Below are positions 37,506 to 45,300 of a stretch of 64,000 bases of DNA, in pieces (position 1 is the stretch's first letter; the number at the start of each line of letters is the position of its first letter). Under the pieces are notes generated by a model. That model had not been told where the DNA came from. It saw only the letters and a list, made by a program, of their open reading frames with translations, and made no database searches. The DNA is taken from the NCBI RefSeq assembly GCF_036500425.1, contig NZ_DASYCB010000077.1, forward strand, positions 26,411-90,410. The letters are read 5' to 3'. Source of the DNA: Luteibacter sp. (lineage in GTDB: Bacteria > Pseudomonadota > Gammaproteobacteria > Xanthomonadales > Rhodanobacteraceae). A program made the translations under genes and the position numbers.

Positions 37506-38073
37506 ACGCCGCTATCCGGTTGCCGTCCGGCGTATGTTGGACGTACTCCCTCCAGCCGCGCAGGCTGCGGCGATCGCGCAGCTGCCATTCGCTCGCGGGC
37601 TAGATGACCAACTCACCGTTGTGAGTGACGCGTGGCTACGCTGCGCTCTTGGTGACGACGCTGATGGTGCGGCGCGATGGGTGGCGAGCTCCCGGCGACG
37701 GGAGGGGCTTGATATGCGTCGCGCGGGCCACGCGGTAGACATCATGGATGACGCGGTGCCATCTGGCCTGGGCCAGTCGCAATGGGTCGAAGATGATCCA
37801 TTGGCTTGCCTGCTAGCAGCTGAGGCCGTCCAGATCTACCAGGCGGGGCTGCTTGCAGCCGGAATTGCAGTGGACGCCGCTCCGTCGACTATCGGGACCG
37901 GACAAGGACTGGCTACTGCGGACGTGGCGCAGCGCGCGCACCGTGGGATACGCGCTGTGCAGACGCGGATGCGTCGCACGTGCCGGGCCGAACTCGATGG
38001 TCAGGGAGTACTGCCGGGCATGCCCGCGGCGGCCGAGGTGTACCGCGCTCGCTCGCTTGGAGATGCCGCATGA
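37498..38073 (+). CDS. Hypothetical protein
   Basis: ATG 37498 (GGGGAG 8 nt upstream) overlaps the previous stop, and its stop overlaps the next start (ATGA). 191 aa, no motif recognised. Confidence 0.5.
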   Translation: MAERRYPVAVRRMLDVLPPAAQAAAIAQLPFARGLDDQLTVVSDAWLRCALGDDADGAARWVASSRRREGLDMRRAGHAVDIMDDAVPSGLGQSQWVEDDPLACLLAAEAVQIYQAGLLAAGIAVDAAPSTIGTGQGLATADVAQRAHRGIRAVQTRMRRTCRAELDGQGVLPGMPAAAEVYRARSLGDAA

Positions 38074-39044
38074 CCCCGGCCGTACCGCGCGAGACGGGCC
38101 GCCGGGTCGGACCGGATGAGCAATATGCCCAAGTGCCACAGGAGGTCATCACCGATCCCGCTCTAGGGCACGCGGCGGTACGGGTCTGGGCATACTGCTG
38201 GTTGGTTACTGGGCGGAAGCACTGGATCCTCCGTAAGTCGGACATATGCGCACGCGTGGGGGTGGGCGATAACGCGTGGACCAAGGCCATTCGGGAGCTG
38301 ACCCGGGCTGGGCTGTATGAGCTTCGACGGGATCGGTTTCCGGCCGGCAGCGTAGACGCCGACGGTGACAGTTGCGGTGGACAGACTCGAATCGAACACG
38401 TGATCTACTGGCCGGGTTTTGGGCCAACGGGTCCATCGCATTCGATTCCGACCGCCCCCCCGAAAACGGGGAGGCGGCGAACCGCTTCCCCTAAAGCCGG
38501 GGGGCGGCGTTCCACTCCCGGGAACACCGCCGTCAGGCGAGAGGGGGGCCTTAGTACATATAAAGAAATAAACATTAACCAAGAAGCAGAAGCACCCCGC
38601 GCGCGTGACGTTGTTGCCAATGCTGCTGCCAGCGGCATGCAACAAATAGTGAGGCCCAGAAAAGTCACGCGCCCTAGCGGAATCGTCTGCTGGAACGAGG
38701 ATGACTTGACGGCTGCGCCGGGAATCGAGGCGATCTACCGTCCAGAAGAGGTAACAGCCGGCGTGGCCGCTGCAAAGAAAAAAATGACTAAGACCGGTAA
38801 GCCGCAGTCCCCAACTCCTGGTGTCGTCGAGAATGAAATATTGCTAGCCCGCGCGGCCCATGAGAAGGCCAAGCGGGCCAAGGCGCAAGAGGAGGTGGGG
38901 GCGCTGGCGGAGCTCCGCCGGCACAAAGATGAGATGGCACAACGTTACGCAGACCCGGTGGCGCGGCAGGCCGCTGACAATGCCGCGCGAAGGTCCGCCG
39001 AGGATCTGGGTTTTAAAGAGCCGGGTGTCGGTCTGGTAACGTAA
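38070..39044 (+). CDS. Winged-helix protein, possible replication/maintenance factor of the element
   Basis: ATG 38070. YAQVPQEVITDPALGHAAVRVWAYCWLVTGRKHWILRKSDICARVGVGDNAWTKAIRELTRAGLYEL is typical of the helix-turn-helix N-domains of Rep/DnaD-like island proteins. Charged coiled C-terminus. Confidence 0.55.
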   Translation: MTPAVPRETGRRVGPDEQYAQVPQEVITDPALGHAAVRVWAYCWLVTGRKHWILRKSDICARVGVGDNAWTKAIRELTRAGLYELRRDRFPAGSVDADGDSCGGQTRIEHVIYWPGFGPTGPSHSIPTAPPKTGRRRTASPKAGGRRSTPGNTAVRREGGLSTYKEININQEAEAPRARDVVANAAASGMQQIVRPRKVTRPSGIVCWNEDDLTAAPGIEAIYRPEEVTAGVAAAKKKMTKTGKPQSPTPGVVENEILLARAAHEKAKRAKAQEEVGALAELRRHKDEMAQRYADPVARQAADNAARRSAEDLGFKEPGVGLVT

Positions 39045-39065
39045 GACATCCACAGCCCATGCCCG

Positions 39066-39251
39066 GTGATTCCCATGACGGTAGAAGAAGACACAGACAC
39101 ATGTCCTATGTGCGGCGGTGAAGGGGGTTGGCCCCATCCACTGAGGCCTAGTGGCCGCGAGACCTGCAAGCCATGTAGGGGGACAGGTAGGTGCCCGCCG
39201 TCAGAAGATGACACGCTTAAGCATTCGCCGTCGGGACCAACCCTTCACTAA
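39066..39251 (+). CDS. Small DnaJ-type zinc-finger protein
   Basis: Two CxxCxGxG motifs (CPMCGGEG, CKPCRGTG). 61 aa from GTG 39066, or 58 aa from ATG 39075. Confidence 0.45.
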   Translation: MIPMTVEEDTDTCPMCGGEGGWPHPLRPSGRETCKPCRGTGRCPPSEDDTLKHSPSGPTLH

Positions 39252-39260
39252 TAGGGTGGA

Positions 39261-39476
39261 TCACCGATGGCACACAATTGAGTGTGACCGCGCACGCGCG
39301 CTAAGGGTCTGGTCGAATACCGCGGACGCGATGAGCAACACCCCAAGCTCGGCTGCTGCCATCAGCGCCGCGCGTGGAAGGCATGCCATAGGCAGAACAC
39401 CGATAGCAAATAGGATGAGCAACCCGCTGGCGACCATTGGCGCAATGTGAATGCACAGTTCTTTGGTCTTACGCAT
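39261..39476 (-). CDS. Small hypothetical membrane protein
   Basis: 71 aa with two TM helices (IAPMVASGLLILFAIGVL, AAAELGVLLIASAVF). Confidence 0.4.
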   Translation of the reverse strand: MRKTKELCIHIAPMVASGLLILFAIGVLPMACLPRAALMAAAELGVLLIASAVFDQTLSARARSHSIVCHR

Positions 39477-39687
39477 AAGTACCTCCGCGGTGATGATGAC
39501 GAGTATTCTAATTCTTATCCGCGAAGATAATACGTTGATCCTTATGAGGAACGTCGCCTGTTTTGCTAGGTCGATTCCAAGGCATTCGGTTTAGATAGCA
39601 AAACATCGCAGGGATGATAATAGAAGTTATCATCCCTTATAGGGCCGATACCTCGCATATGACGTTAGTAACCGAGGGTGCAACGAC

Positions 39688-39966
39688 ATGACAACGCCAA
39701 GCGAGAGAGCTAGGGCACTGGTTTGGGCTGGTGGACTGCTAGTCGAGTTAGCGCAGGATAAGCGCTTGCCTGTCGATGTGCGGAATAGCGCGATAGCAAT
39801 CGCTCGGCATTTCCCAACGGTCCGCGATGTTTCATTAGCTGGTCTGCATTCAGTGGCGCTCAGTCTGGAGGTCCAATCGTCAGGCGACATTGCCGCCTGG
39901 AGCGCGGAGTACCCATTAGGACTACTCCGTGAATCGACGCATCTTCTTCCGAGACAGGAAGAGTAG
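39688..39966 (+). CDS. Hypothetical protein
   Basis: 92 aa, preceded by an AT-rich promoter-like region at 39480-39660. Helical (ARALVWAGGLLVELAQDKRLPVDVRNSAIAIARHFP). Confidence 0.4.
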   Translation: MTTPSERARALVWAGGLLVELAQDKRLPVDVRNSAIAIARHFPTVRDVSLAGLHSVALSLEVQSSGDIAAWSAEYPLGLLRESTHLLPRQEE

Positions 39967-40026
39967 GCGATACACGCGACTGACATTTTTCTCGCAGCGC
40001 GGGCCGAGTCGGGCTGGCCTGCCACG

Positions 40027-40209
40027 ATGTCGCCGAAGAGGTGTTCCGGGCCGGAACATCGCCACGCATCTTACAGGAGAGGTTTGATGGCTTTAGCAGT
40101 TGTTGGCCTATGTCTCGCGGTGTTCGGCCTTTGCCTACAGTGGTACATGGGAAAAAAGGCCGACGAGGAAGAGTCGCGGGCAAGGAAGAAGCCAAGATTG
40201 CGCAGATGA
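40027..40209 (+). CDS. Small hypothetical membrane protein (weak)
   Basis: 60 aa with one TM (LMALAVVGLCLAVFGLCLQWY) and a basic tail. Flanked by the two GTTCCGGNCCGGAAC palindromes. Confidence 0.25.
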   Translation: MSPKRCSGPEHRHASYRRGLMALAVVGLCLAVFGLCLQWYMGKKADEEESRARKKPRLRR

Positions 40210-40304
40210 TCGCTTCAAGCAGCAGTGGCCGGCGATACCGTCAATCTTGTAGCCAAGATTGAGTGTTCCGGCCCGGAACGCCTCACGGAGTGCGTGGGCT
40301 AACG

Positions 40305-40346
40305 TGTAGTGTGTAGTATTTCGTATACACCCTACTACGCACTACA
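40305..40346. repeat. Imperfect inverted repeat built from the TGTAGT(A)/TACTACA motif
   Basis: tgtagtgtgtagta (40305-40318) pairs with tactacgcactaca (40333-40346), with 1 mismatch. Same motif family as 36332-36385. Confidence 0.7.
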
Positions 40347-40362
40347 TTTTAATTCAGTCCAG

Positions 40363-40662
40363 TCAAGGATTATCGTCGACTTTGGCGCAATACGTGTTCG
40401 TGCCTTCCGTGTAGAAAACGGTACATGGCGACTTTGCCGGTTGTGGCGTCGTCGGCGCCCATGGCTTGGTAATGGCCGTCAGCGCGGCACGCTGCGCCGC
40501 CAGGCTGTGCTCGTAAATACGAAACAGATAGCTTCCGCCCGCGAGCATCGCTGAAATCAACAGCAGGGCCAAGAGTTCGCGCGCATAGCTGCGAACGAAA
40601 TCGGCAGCGTCGGAAAGGGAGTTTGCGATGGTGTTCATGTAGGTCCTGTTGGTGGTCACCAT
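40363..40662 (-). CDS. Hypothetical membrane-anchored protein
   Basis: 99 aa with one TM (LLALLLISAMLAGGSYLF). Stop abuts the IS3 remnant. Confidence 0.4.
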   Translation of the reverse strand: MVTTNRTYMNTIANSLSDAADFVRSYARELLALLLISAMLAGGSYLFRIYEHSLAAQRAALTAITKPWAPTTPQPAKSPCTVFYTEGTNTYCAKVDDNP

Positions 40663-40836
40663 CTATGCTGCTGGATTGCGCAGTTCGGCCACCCCGAGGC
40701 TGGCGTAGTTCTTCTTCCAGACGTAGAACGTGGCCTCGCTGATGCCCCGCTGTCGGCAGACATCCGTGACCACCGTGCCCGACTCGGCCAGGCGCAACGC
40801 GTAGATGACCTGCTCTTCGGTAAATCGCGACTTCTT
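40663..40836 (-). pseudogene. IS3-family transposase orfA remnant (N-terminal HTH part only)
   Basis: KKSRFTEEQVIYALRLAESGTVVTDVCRQRGISEATFYVWKKNYASLGVAELR, then a premature stop. No orfB and no inverted repeats seen. Confidence 0.75.
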
Positions 40837-40954
40837 CGTCGCTCCTCCTGGCCCTGCCGGGCCTGTGGATGAGGCGACCTTAACTCCAGATTTCAGCTGT
40901 GTCGAAATAGTGGGCCGACGTGAGCGGATCGCTGATTCGGTTCCTCGAGCACGG

Positions 40955-41833
40955 CTAAGGTATAGACCCGTGCCCAGACACCACTGCCTCTTTTTCAGTG
41001 ATTGCTTCTGCAAGCGCCATGTTGAGCGTCAACCGATTCATGGCGTAGTGAACGGCACGATGACAATTAGGGCATATTGCAGCAACGTTTCCTGGGGCAT
41101 CAGGGCCGTCGTCGGCAAGACGATGAAGATGGTGGACTTCTAGGTAGGGGAGCCCGCCGTCACAGGTAAACGGCGCGGGGTTTTGGCAAAGTTCGCAAAT
41201 CCCACATGCGCGCAGTAACGCATATTGGCGTACTTCAGTGCTGCGTTTCCTGTACTCCGCCAATCCCATGCGTACTGCTGGGACCCTTTGGTCTTGCATG
41301 TTTAGCCGATGCTGCAATTCGGGGAGGCTGGCCTGGGTCACCTGTGTTGCAATCTCCCGGATCGCCTCCAGAGATGTGTGTTCCTCCACGCGTACGAAAT
41401 GAAATCTCAGCAGGTGATTGCCTTTGCGAGGCCCGGAGTCAGGGATGGCCGTTTCTACGGCTGCAACACTGTACGATCCTTGGAACTTAAATCGCTTTCC
41501 ATAACCACCTTGTGCTGCGATCTCCTTTGCAGTGGATTCCCGGGTTGTAAACAGAAGGACTGACCTGCTGCCCGAAGCTAATCTCGAGTTGGCTGCGTTC
41601 GAGGGGCTTTGGTCGCCACTTCCCCCTTGCCCAAAATAGAGCCAGCTACCGTCGCTTAGGGGTTCATCAAAGTAGCCTGCTTTCTTCCCGTGCCTACCGC
41701 CGGATGTGCAAATGACACATCCTGGTTCCAGCGGACCCCAGATTACGCCGGACTGAGCTTGCTTGCTTCCGACGAAATCGAGTAGGGCTTGACGGTGATA
41801 CTCCTTGCCGACAACAAAATGGTGAGAATCCAT
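40955..41833 (-). CDS. Modification-dependent (type IV-like) HNH endonuclease with N-terminal SRA/YDG-like domain
   Basis: ATG 41833 with AAGGAG 6 nt upstream. N-domain pattern VGKEYHRQALLDFVGSKQAQSGVIWGP...ICTSGG...WLYFGQGGSGDQ...AANSRLA resembles SRA (Y.G.GG..DQ...N..L). C-terminal HNH: CELC...EVHHLHRLADDG...NVAAICPNCHRAVH. Confidence 0.75.
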   Translation of the reverse strand: MDSHHFVVGKEYHRQALLDFVGSKQAQSGVIWGPLEPGCVICTSGGRHGKKAGYFDEPLSDGSWLYFGQGGSGDQSPSNAANSRLASGSRSVLLFTTRESTAKEIAAQGGYGKRFKFQGSYSVAAVETAIPDSGPRKGNHLLRFHFVRVEEHTSLEAIREIATQVTQASLPELQHRLNMQDQRVPAVRMGLAEYRKRSTEVRQYALLRACGICELCQNPAPFTCDGGLPYLEVHHLHRLADDGPDAPGNVAAICPNCHRAVHYAMNRLTLNMALAEAITEKEAVVSGHGSIP

Positions 41834-41887
41834 TTCCGACTCCTTGTTCAAACCCTTGCAGCAGTAAAATCCGCGCGCACAGGCCTG

Positions 41888-42334
41888 CTATGGACGATTG
41901 CCTTTGCTAATTGGCGATGCTTTGACTTGGATCGCAATCTTCTCTCCGACCTGTATGGCCTTTGTGGGCGTGGAGAGCTCGCATTCCCAGGCGACAAGGA
42001 CCCTCCAGCCTTGTTCCTCCAGTTGTGCTGCCACGCGTGCATCCCTCGCCACGTTCTTCTCGAACTTCTCCACCCAGAAGGCGGTGTTGCTCTTCGGCGT
42101 CGTGGCGATGCTGCATCCCGGATGCCGATGCCAGAAGCAGCCGTGGACGAATACGACCGCCTGATAGCGGGGGAACACGAGGTCCGGCTTGCCAGGGAGC
42201 ACCGTGCCATGAAGCCGGTAGCGGAGTCCCAGGCGGTGTAGCACCTTGCGGAGTGCGAGTTCGGGTCGGGTGTCCTTGCCCCGGATCCGGGACATCCGCT
42301 CTGAGCGCTCGCTAGGGGAGAGGAAGTCGACCAT
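41888..42334 (-). CDS. vsr: Very short patch repair endonuclease
   Basis: 148 aa. RSERMSRIRGKDTRPELALRKVLHRLGLRYRLH...PGKPDLVFPRYQAVVFVHGCFWHRH. Confidence 0.93.
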   Translation of the reverse strand: MVDFLSPSERSERMSRIRGKDTRPELALRKVLHRLGLRYRLHGTVLPGKPDLVFPRYQAVVFVHGCFWHRHPGCSIATTPKSNTAFWVEKFEKNVARDARVAAQLEEQGWRVLVAWECELSTPTKAIQVGEKIAIQVKASPISKGNRP

Positions 42335-42343
42335 GCAGCATCC

Positions 42344-45300
42344 CTAGGTTTCCCGGGGCCGGTCCCTTTCCAGCTCGTAGAACGGGAGGCCCCGGATCAC
42401 CTCTCCAGCGACACCCGATGTCTTGTAGAGGCAATGGTGGTTGGGCAAGGTCTTCACCCGCTCGGACAGGTCCCCAAGGTCCGACGTGAAGCCGAGGGCC
42501 CCCAGCTCCGCCGGGGTAACGTTGGGTACCTTGTGGATGAACCAGGTCAGCAACGGATCCCGGTAGTCGGTCGTGCTTGTCTTGAAGTGCCTCAGGTATT
42601 GCGAGGCCAGGACTACGCCGGTGCCGAACTCCCGTCCCTGCAGGAGTAGCTTGCGCAGTACGTCGAACTCGTAGCGCATGATGTTGTCGGCCTCGTCGAC
42701 TAGCAGGTACGAGTCGACCACCCGCAGTTGCGGGTCAGTGCCAAGGAAGGGGCGCTTGGGTGTCCTTAGCATGTTCTCGTAGAACATGTTTAGCATGATG
42801 GCAACCAGCATGTTCTTGCTTCGGTCATCCTGGCCCATCGCGTCAAGCGACACGACGACGATGCCATCGAGGAATTCGTCGAACGGCTTGGTCTTGGCAG
42901 GGTCCTTCTCGAATACCTCCATGTCCACGAGGTCGTCGATGATCGCCATCGGCGAATCGGACTTCCCACCCAGTAGCTCGCGGTACTCCGTATGGATGTC
43001 GTAGATGGTGGGTTGGCGCCCTTGCGTCGCGCACGCAACGTACGCATTCCGGACTGCTCCCTTGAGCTTGTCGCGCTGCACGGGACCGATGCCGGAATAC
43101 ACCTTGTCGAGGACGTCGGCGAAGAAACGGAACCTATCCAGCCAGGGAACCATGGATTCGCCCATCGACGAGGTATCGAATAGGTTGAGAGGCAGGTGTG
43201 CGGGCTTGACTACGCGTGCCCCGGTCGCCTCGACGAATTCGGGGCTGCTGTAGTCGCGCTTGTAGTCGAATACCAGGAACCTTGGCTTGATGCCGCGATT
43301 CTCCCGCCTTGCCGTGGCGACCTGGAATATGAGCGACTTCAGCAGCTGCGTCTTGCCGGTGCCAAGGTCGCCCACGACGCCAATGTTGAGGTGGTTGAGC
43401 CGCGTGTCCGATATATTCAGGGCGAGCGGGCGAGGCTCGAAGCCATCCACGGTCCTGCCGATGGACAGCACGATACCCGTGCTGTCCTCGCCGACCGGTG
43501 CAATCGTCGCTGCAGGCTCCGCGGGCAGGGGATGCTGGCCTCGAACGACGGGCTCCGACGCAATGTCCGCCATGCCGGGCACTGCCGAGGGCGCCCCGCC
43601 GCTCCCCTCGCTTCCCGGCGTGGCCCCGGGTGTGGATGGTTGGTATGGTTGGTCGGGCGTCGCGTCACTGCGAAGAGTGCCAGCGGCGGCGGGAGGAGGA
43701 GGCAATAGTCGCCATTCGCCGACCTTGGCGCGCACGACATCGTAGAGTCCTTGGGCATCGCCACCCACGATACGCCCGGCATCCTTGGGGGAGATGGATA
43801 TGCTCTCGTGAAAGCCGTCCCCATCGTGGTCATGCGCATCGCTTAGCGGGGATCCATCCACTACTACGAGCCGGCCATGGTCGTCTATGGTGATCTCGGG
43901 GGCAGGCCCCAGTATCGCGGCGGCGATGCGCTCGTGGTAGCCGGCCCAGCGTCCGGCCTGCTCCTTGACGAGCTCGTGCTGGCTATAGACGCGCAACCCG
44001 AACCCAACCATCGACAACAAGAGGTGCTGGTACGCGAGCTTCCAGGCCAGGGACTTGGTGGCACGTTCTTCCATCGCCTTGAGCAGCGAGGAGAGTGCCC
44101 TGGCCTGGCCAAGTGCGTCCTTGGCATCGTTCTGGCTGAGCGTGCTGCCTTGTTGCCGGCATTTCACCTCGATCGGGGTGAGGTGGATGCGAGTCGAGCC
44201 CTCGCTGACGCGGAAGCCGACGACTAGGAGGTCCGGACGCGAGAGCGACGTATCCTTGCGCTCCTTGCCGAGCGACCGGGCCAGGTCCGCAAGGTAGCCG
44301 CGGAAGGGATCGACGGGGATGATGATCGCGATGGATGCATCGCCTGGCGAACCGGACAGCACGGGGAGGATGCTGTCCAGGTTGCCGGATGTACGGAACT
44401 GGTCCTGCAGGAGCCGGACTGCGAGGAACAGGCCAAGGTCGCCGGTAGCACCGGAATCATCGCCGGAGAGGCCGCGTATCGTCGGGATGCCCCGCCGCGC
44501 TACTTCGAGCAGGACTTGCTCGATCTGGCCGTCGCCTAGCTCGCCGCAACCTGGCAGGGGGCGAAGGACTCTCCCCAGGGCATCGCGGTCGGCATCCCTT
44601 ACCTGGGATAGCAGGTAGTAGCCGCTGGTATCGCCAGCCCGGTGGGAGTAGGACGGCAAGTCGTAGTCCCATAGGTACGTGCCCCTAATCCATCCTCCCA
44701 GAAAGCAAGCTGGGTCGATGGCGGAGGATGACACCGCGACGAAGCCAGCCTTCTTATCCTCGAGCATGCTGGCGACGGCATGGACGTTGGGCGCGAACTG
44801 GAGCCCAGTCGCGTCGTCGTGCCCGCCTTCCAGAGCGCTGATACAGTGGGCCACCTTGTCCGCGAACATCTCGCCCGATGGAGCCACGGGTAGGGCTTGT
44901 CGCGACTCGCTGAGGAAGGCCCCGTGCAGTTGGCGCCTGATCCTATGCCGGATCAGGCCTCCAGTCCCCAATGGGGAACGCATGCCAACTGCAGCGGACT
45001 CGGGTTGTGCCGCGTCTAGCTGGGCAATGATGCCTAGGTCCGGCTTGGTCCCCGGCGGTTGCTTGTCGAACCAGCGGACATGGTTGCCGGTGTCCTCGGA
45101 CAGGTTCGCGATCGTGGCCTGGTCTGGACGCGACTCGGCAGGCCTGGTATCGAAGACCTCAAGTATTCTCGGGCCTACGCCTTGCCTAGGTGAAGGAGCC
45201 TCGCGATTGCCAAACCGCCTGGTGCACCAGGTCGCCAGTCCTTCGTTGCAGGCATCGGTAGCACCGCCGCCACTGGATACCACGAGGCTGACGATAGGCT

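Noticed and set aside
40837-41013. N-terminal extension of track ORF 40663-41013 as a real 116-aa protein.
   Set aside because: Only the last 57 residues look like IS3 OrfA. The upstream part overlaps the 3' end of the HNH gene and appears to be read-through of a truncated remnant.
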